DNA of 64,000 nucleotides from Trypanosoma brucei (Eukaryota): NCBI GenBank assembly GCA_000002445.1, contig CP000071.1, positions 96,001 to 160,000 of the forward strand, read 5' to 3'. Shown piece by piece: positions 61,601 to 64,000 of this stretch (position 1 is its first letter; each line of letters starts with the position of its first letter). The notes under the pieces were generated by a model. It saw only the letters and a program-made list of their open reading frames with translations, ran no database searches and was not told where the DNA came from. The position numbers and the translations under genes were made by a program.

Positions 61601-62966
61601 CCACATGAATGGAAAGCATTATTGCATCTACAAGCTGCCTCCCTTTACCTCCATCACTTGCTATATCAGAGGTGACTGATGTCCTGGCATATGTTTCCAT
61701 CACCGTGCGTCTAAGGAATAAAATGACATCCCTGTAGCGAACTTTCTGCTCGATTTCAACCATTGCGTCTAGTTTTGCTGAAATGTCGCCCACTTGGTGG
61801 CAGTAATTCAGTAGTTGAATATATGCACGCCGCGCTTCTGCAAAAGAGCGGATATGAGATAAAGTAAAGTTGTACCTCCTCCTTCGATCTCGAAGGAGCT
61901 CCATCACGCAACAATGCGCATAATTCCACAAGGATGCGGAGCCACGGAGATGTATATGGGGGTGGCAGTACACAGGAAGCTCCAAAAACGAGCGACTCGC
62001 TGCTAAATAAGCGTGCAAGGCGAGGAGGACGTCGTGGTTAACTAGCAGAGACACCTGTTGCTCCAATGATATGGTGACGTTTTGCCTACACAAAACTCCA
62101 CGCAGGAATACAGATGTAACACAAACCGCTGCAACATCAGTGGTCACGAACGTGGCGCACAACTCTCCAGCAAACGCCTTAGCAGTCACGTCACTGACGG
62201 TTGCCTTCACAACTTTTATCTCTTCAGTTCCGTTACAAGCACATGGCTCCACATGTACTGCAAGATCCCGGAAGACTATTTCAAGTCTTGTGTTCGAGTT
62301 GGGTCCAACCGATAACATAAGAGTGAGGACATCTACATTAACAAGAATCTTTCTGTCCACCAAACCGGACATAGTACTCTTGACCACGCCGTATAGGTAT
62401 GATATTATACCTTCCTCCCCCTCTACGGCCTCATTGCCCCCCGGGTCTACATAAGTTGAGGATGAACTAACTTCGCTACAACAAGACATGCACTCATCCT
62501 CGTCATCATGTGCGTCCGCATGCTCCTTCGCGTGATCAATAGGTTTGGGGCTTGCAGTCGACGAACTAACACGTGAGTGACTTCTACTTGAGTTACATGG
62601 TGATGTAGCACAGTTCCTATTCCCAAGGATGCTTTGTTCTGTTATACCGCTTCGTATGATGTCTGAACTCAGTTCCGTTTCAGTATCAGAAGTGGCCAAA
62701 TGAGAGCATGTGTTCAAATGTAGCCTCGCTTCTTTGGCATGAACAACAAGAGCATCTTTGGATGATGGCCACGGTATGTCGAAGTGAATTTCCGTTACGT
62801 GACCTGATTCGACAGGGAGTTGAGTGATATCTCTCAGTGCATCCTTCTTGAGCTTGACGTTGCGAATTCGAAGTGACCTTTTGGTTAAAGAACTCTCCAC
62901 ATCGAAAGGGTTCACATCCGCCACTTTCGCGACGCGGGCCAACAAAAACGAAATAATATGTTGCAT
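55635..62966 (-). CDS. Giant chorein-N-domain protein (VPS13-like bridge-like lipid-transfer protein), about 2,443 aa
   Basis: The uninterrupted minus-strand ORF runs from 62990 to 55635 but the track start there is GTG; the first ATG is at the complement of 62964-62966. The N-terminus 'MQHIISFLLARVAKVADVNPFDVESSLTKRSLRIRNVKLKKDALRDITQLPVESGHVTEIHFDIPW' fits the VPS13/chorein-N signature ('…L.L.NL.LKK.AL…LP..V..G.…I…IPW'). The size fits the VPS13/ATG2/BLTP class. Confidence 0.6.
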   Translation of the reverse strand: MQHIISFLLARVAKVADVNPFDVESSLTKRSLRIRNVKLKKDALRDITQLPVESGHVTEIHFDIPWPSSKDALVVHAKEARLHLNTCSHLATSDTETELSSDIIRSGITEQSILGNRNCATSPCNSSRSHSRVSSSTASPKPIDHAKEHADAHDDEDECMSCCSEVSSSSTYVDPGGNEAVEGEEGIISYLYGVVKSTMSGLVDRKILVNVDVLTLMLSVGPNSNTRLEIVFRDLAVHVEPCACNGTEEIKVVKATVSDVTAKAFAGELCATFVTTDVAAVCVTSVFLRGVLCRQNVTISLEQQVSLLVNHDVLLALHAYLAASRSFLELPVYCHPHIHLRGSASLWNYAHCCVMELLRDRRRRYNFTLSHIRSFAEARRAYIQLLNYCHQVGDISAKLDAMVEIEQKVRYRDVILFLRRTVMETYARTSVTSDIASDGGKGRQLVDAIMLSIHVDIGEVYIYFPTGTVMLLGEITLVSRVDETNVHIGDVSLKDDSMWETLRLPGASDVPFFSFQKRKTKGACSLKVNVEPTRIALSTPRLLETIKPVASILPLLFVEMVATSRTAPAPSSRGTMEKMSFVLPFLRLIIDDINVECEKLSLIIIKGDAPRGSQIGVSLHALSAHFGEGAHELVAPINVRMGDEGNIIVSELKFNICPAFWEYLKHICSEWSEVAWVGYESYKGATKRTQRSSNANVSISSWEEIFTAADIHQVSRRKKKSQCICIKCIQCWFVPTESVITIGETRIFSSKNVSDEDVLCIHLRSFMLTTEDASKPFFIIDFPRGAKCRVASLSKGRLFCALASSSVVEVTLGVFSTQKLLSASNLQLGLSHPMSHFSVETVQVLDAVEVAPLRVSFCSRLHSALTHNFLPPVACVLISVGSVCVRVDRLTAGEFKQITSTMESCGALFVSPHAWREWCCAFPHNSCEIAIALCNTTCVLSFGESGVLQCRCRIPNAGSESALSFFNRFSEFFHELRDSPPALLINSCGAYTKELYIPAVDADVLHPLLPSSCLKVEVRDLSASFLFRKEAMCVLGVHAEGGLTPLKLNVQSITMYGGDVISLKLEALKFVLASTASTQDARKYGAEATSVLSTFEKQALVELECIELKTNLCDTPYPVRQLFDALLDIRRMATSLSRKHVITADYLHDVSYNLDMIGSCFFNCPGKVVNVVECEFLAVRGSARLVVCRGTHVLFQRCRISTLIRSSIAVEDESGSFLLLDCDDTIKKLETHEATQLDAPNVRDILRCIVPHGLHLMIHHSRGELLFPTGCQLTFAFTLVGDCLCSTSYGLGLQLCLQNSWVDYIDGSVCSRVFSSTTSAVNVATRCKEHIGTVNATLQVDRVGVPMGLVETMQQLIGGTSCRKGFNGRSRTSPLLCYKRLKYLFGEGKWSIAVSAFPIDILLRGGASVAHMAVNKSLLRSKVEADGGEAHVDFRFGVQELTLWDFCSQSYKRALQRPLSVAAVARLLDSKHVACETLLSSLDLSVSIEQMKFIASSFLPGNFGRGLTVPPTVEVINQLGVSLVLDVDDGERVVVKERQTFYGNHLVFPRCIHSVDNCRISHFESYRDPNPEKELTDVLRRACVVTLTSGEKVRIVRQVLDHTLSQRVSFRTSFQISNRLPCGVVLGAIDSSVGKLEVPPGETLPVPIHLISRDDISLCLMSSNSACTSEQQLLSEGSLRILFKLAEERGDDSIGRLRKFVLGDVPVYIDVTYLLSGGVLTMFLSPARLGIHNGTRFNMKVLLLISDLVVEECIIEPSGTFFTLQHDPFGPRVDYVFESIVYSDIYFSTDRVEACFNEGSLRQRVLMRHREFPYKRFFELDIGQQDVGSCTAPSVCTVRPYGVFGLKNNSGTDVRFTTEVGKPTGLIRDGALSHATGRNFAYLPLHTRLVLHAGELSSVSFEVTEDFEERPLFCAPMSVKGTHLGQPHLFLMRSRVDRFGYFMELIPPLLFTNMDDLRDLQVRHVTRRGGLFTDELPHCFTVPAGGTVSYTALANDEVVNFAFAWSAKGSDTTVNIEFSAPVAVSLLPQTCSSAFIECGDTHHEIRVFKEDRFEPTVVSVSEPRPPYVTVVNLTSHNYEKVPRMSVSSYTPHSLTSGEVVLVLREGVNSSRRFRVLLSHGTEVEIGNDVAAFIHQRKDTVGWVITLVTTYAISSLRSGLGTLVGSAVIVETPVEEMMLRAGVKACGIGLLVEDGDNIPINCVVGRCESWLVYEHKRVTVQCTVSNMRSNGTYNGKMSHEIKPFSIDLTVRDARIVGNAILASSVYSHVTTLELELSDTFVYQMRRLGRRYKSSETNKDLENVVRVQRGMLSCWKLLKFMSVQLHFIKISDIFVLFTYDRSDRPPEDIIFKGSHVGNIFPSIHRAEITLPGTHRKDFHGASLANVWSACCEAVMMELLRQVPQLVSGAVVFPSFSSIRSVLNRIGAVIFSSNSKNIDASDTLLL

Positions 62967-63729
62967 CTTTTTTGGGCCGTAGTGGCCCACTGCCCTGATA
63001 CCTGTGCACGTTCGTAGAGAAAAGGAAGTACAGATTAGATGATAGGGGCAAGAATTTCCCGTGCAAATGTAAGTTTCTCACAACCAACGACCCGGTTGCA
63101 AGTGTTAGATGCTGATGATCCCACTCGCCACCAGTCGTCAGTTATTATACGAAATATGCTTCTTCAGCACGATGTTTTCCCAACTGCGCCACGCGCCGAC
63201 AAATTAGAAAAGAAAAAATATATATATATATTATTCACGACAGCCGCGACGAAAACACCATCTTCTCTTTATTCAAACCATGAGGTTCATTTTTCTTTTC
63301 TCTTTCTTGGCTGTCCCCTCCTTTGCAGTTGGAAAAAAAAAAATTACAACAAATACATAAGTTAGGGACAGTTACCGCTCGCTAACTTACTTTACCCAAG
63401 TTCACTTACTCCTCTCGTTTCCTTTGAGTCGTGAAATACAATTAAACAAAGAGATTAAACACTTTTTTTTTAAATGAGAGAGAGATGAAGCACAGAAGGG
63501 AGAAAAAGGATCCAAAACAGCCCCTCCCCCCTCACCTGGAAAGTTACCACCAGCATGAAGTGTTCGCTACGCGGTAGGATGTGCTTTAATTCTTTTGTTT
63601 TAAATGTTGGAATCCAACCGAATACCTGACAGCAACGTAGTTGCTGTCGTACAAACCGGTTTATCAAAAAAAAAATGAAAGGAGTTGAGGGAGATTTGAG
63701 AGTTCTCTAGGGGAGAAAAATTGTGCCAT

Positions 63730-64000
63730 TCACCAGTAGAGACGGTGTGCACAATACCCATTGGGGTTTTCCTCAAGGTAATTTTGATGATAATCTTCAG
63801 CAGGATAAAAGCGAGACGCCCTTTCCAACGTTGTTACAACCTTAGCACTACTACCAAATGCTTTAACAATATTCTCACGTAGTTTTTCGTCGCCGCCATT
63901 CAACTTTTCGATGAAACTTTCCGCCTCGTTCCGCTGCTCCTCATTGTGATAAAATATGGTGCTTCGATATTGTGTACCGACATCGCCTTCTTGTCGATTT
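63730..64000 (-). CDS. msrA: Peptide methionine sulfoxide reductase MsrA, C-terminal part (5' end of the gene lies outside the window)
   Basis: Reverse-complement translation of 63733-64000 gives '…GDVGTQYRSTIFYHNEEQRNEAESFIEKLNGGDEKLRENIVKAFGSSAKVVTTLERASRFYPAEDYHQNYLEENPNGYCAHRLYW*'. This carries the conserved MsrA motifs 'GTQYRS.IFY' and 'AEDYHQ.YL..NP.GYC.H'. The stop is the complement of 63730-63732. It is not in the ORF track because it has no in-window start. Confidence 0.75.
   Translation of the reverse strand, partial: NRQEGDVGTQYRSTIFYHNEEQRNEAESFIEKLNGGDEKLRENIVKAFGSSAKVVTTLERASRFYPAEDYHQNYLEENPNGYCAHRLYW

Noticed and set aside
55635..62990. Considered calling the 2,451-aa minus-strand ORF a retrotransposon-hot-spot (RHS) protein, given the subtelomeric context.
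   Set aside because: RHS proteins are about 700-900 aa with an ATP/GTP-binding motif. This ORF is three times larger and opens with a chorein-N/VPS13-type motif (…VKLKKDAL…LP…G.V..I…IPW). Housekeeping MsrA follows it.
1..64000. Prokaryotic features (CRISPR arrays, operons, rho-independent terminators).
   Set aside because: The sequence is clearly trypanosomatid nuclear DNA (VSGs, 70-bp repeats, ingi, TTAGGG), so these feature classes do not apply.

Overview
This window looks like a Trypanosoma brucei-group subtelomere running into chromosome-core genes. Positions 1 to about 38,300 are a plus-strand VSG (variant surface glycoprotein) array of roughly ten cassettes. Each cassette is a 70-bp-repeat tract (TAA/TGA triplet runs plus the 'GAGTGTGTATATACGAATATTATAATAAGAG' core), sometimes an ESAG3-like fragment, then a VSG carrying the conserved 3'UTR 'TGATATATTTTAACAC'-type element. 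Only one VSG (29412..30989) looks fully intact. The rest are frameshifted pseudogenes, or 'atypical' VSGs whose only lesion sits at the junction with the GPI-signal peptide. A roughly 5.2 kb ingi non-LTR retrotransposon lies on the minus strand at about 31660..36880. It has degenerate endonuclease, reverse-transcriptase, RNase H and zinc-finger ORF pieces and an in-frame 2A-like 'DVEENPGP' motif, and it abuts a 5'-truncated VSG. After a convergent strand switch (about 38.3 to 39.7 kb) every recognisable gene is on the minus strand. The first is a PAP2/lipid-phosphate-phosphatase gene. The next feature is a roughly 3 kb tandem duplication carrying two pairs of unrecognised secreted, possibly GPI-anchored, cysteine-rich/acidic protein genes. 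This is followed by a degenerate LRRP/ESAG8-like leucine-rich-repeat pseudogene and a short interstitial (TTAGGG)4 tract. Last on this strand are a giant (about 2,440 aa) chorein-N/VPS13-like gene and the 3' end of a peptide-methionine-sulfoxide-reductase (MsrA) gene. One cassette slot (about 24.2 to 27.3 kb) lacks a VSG and is filled with CA/TA-rich low-complexity sequence. The ORF track marks GTG/TTG starts as 'M', so I re-derived ATG starts where this mattered.
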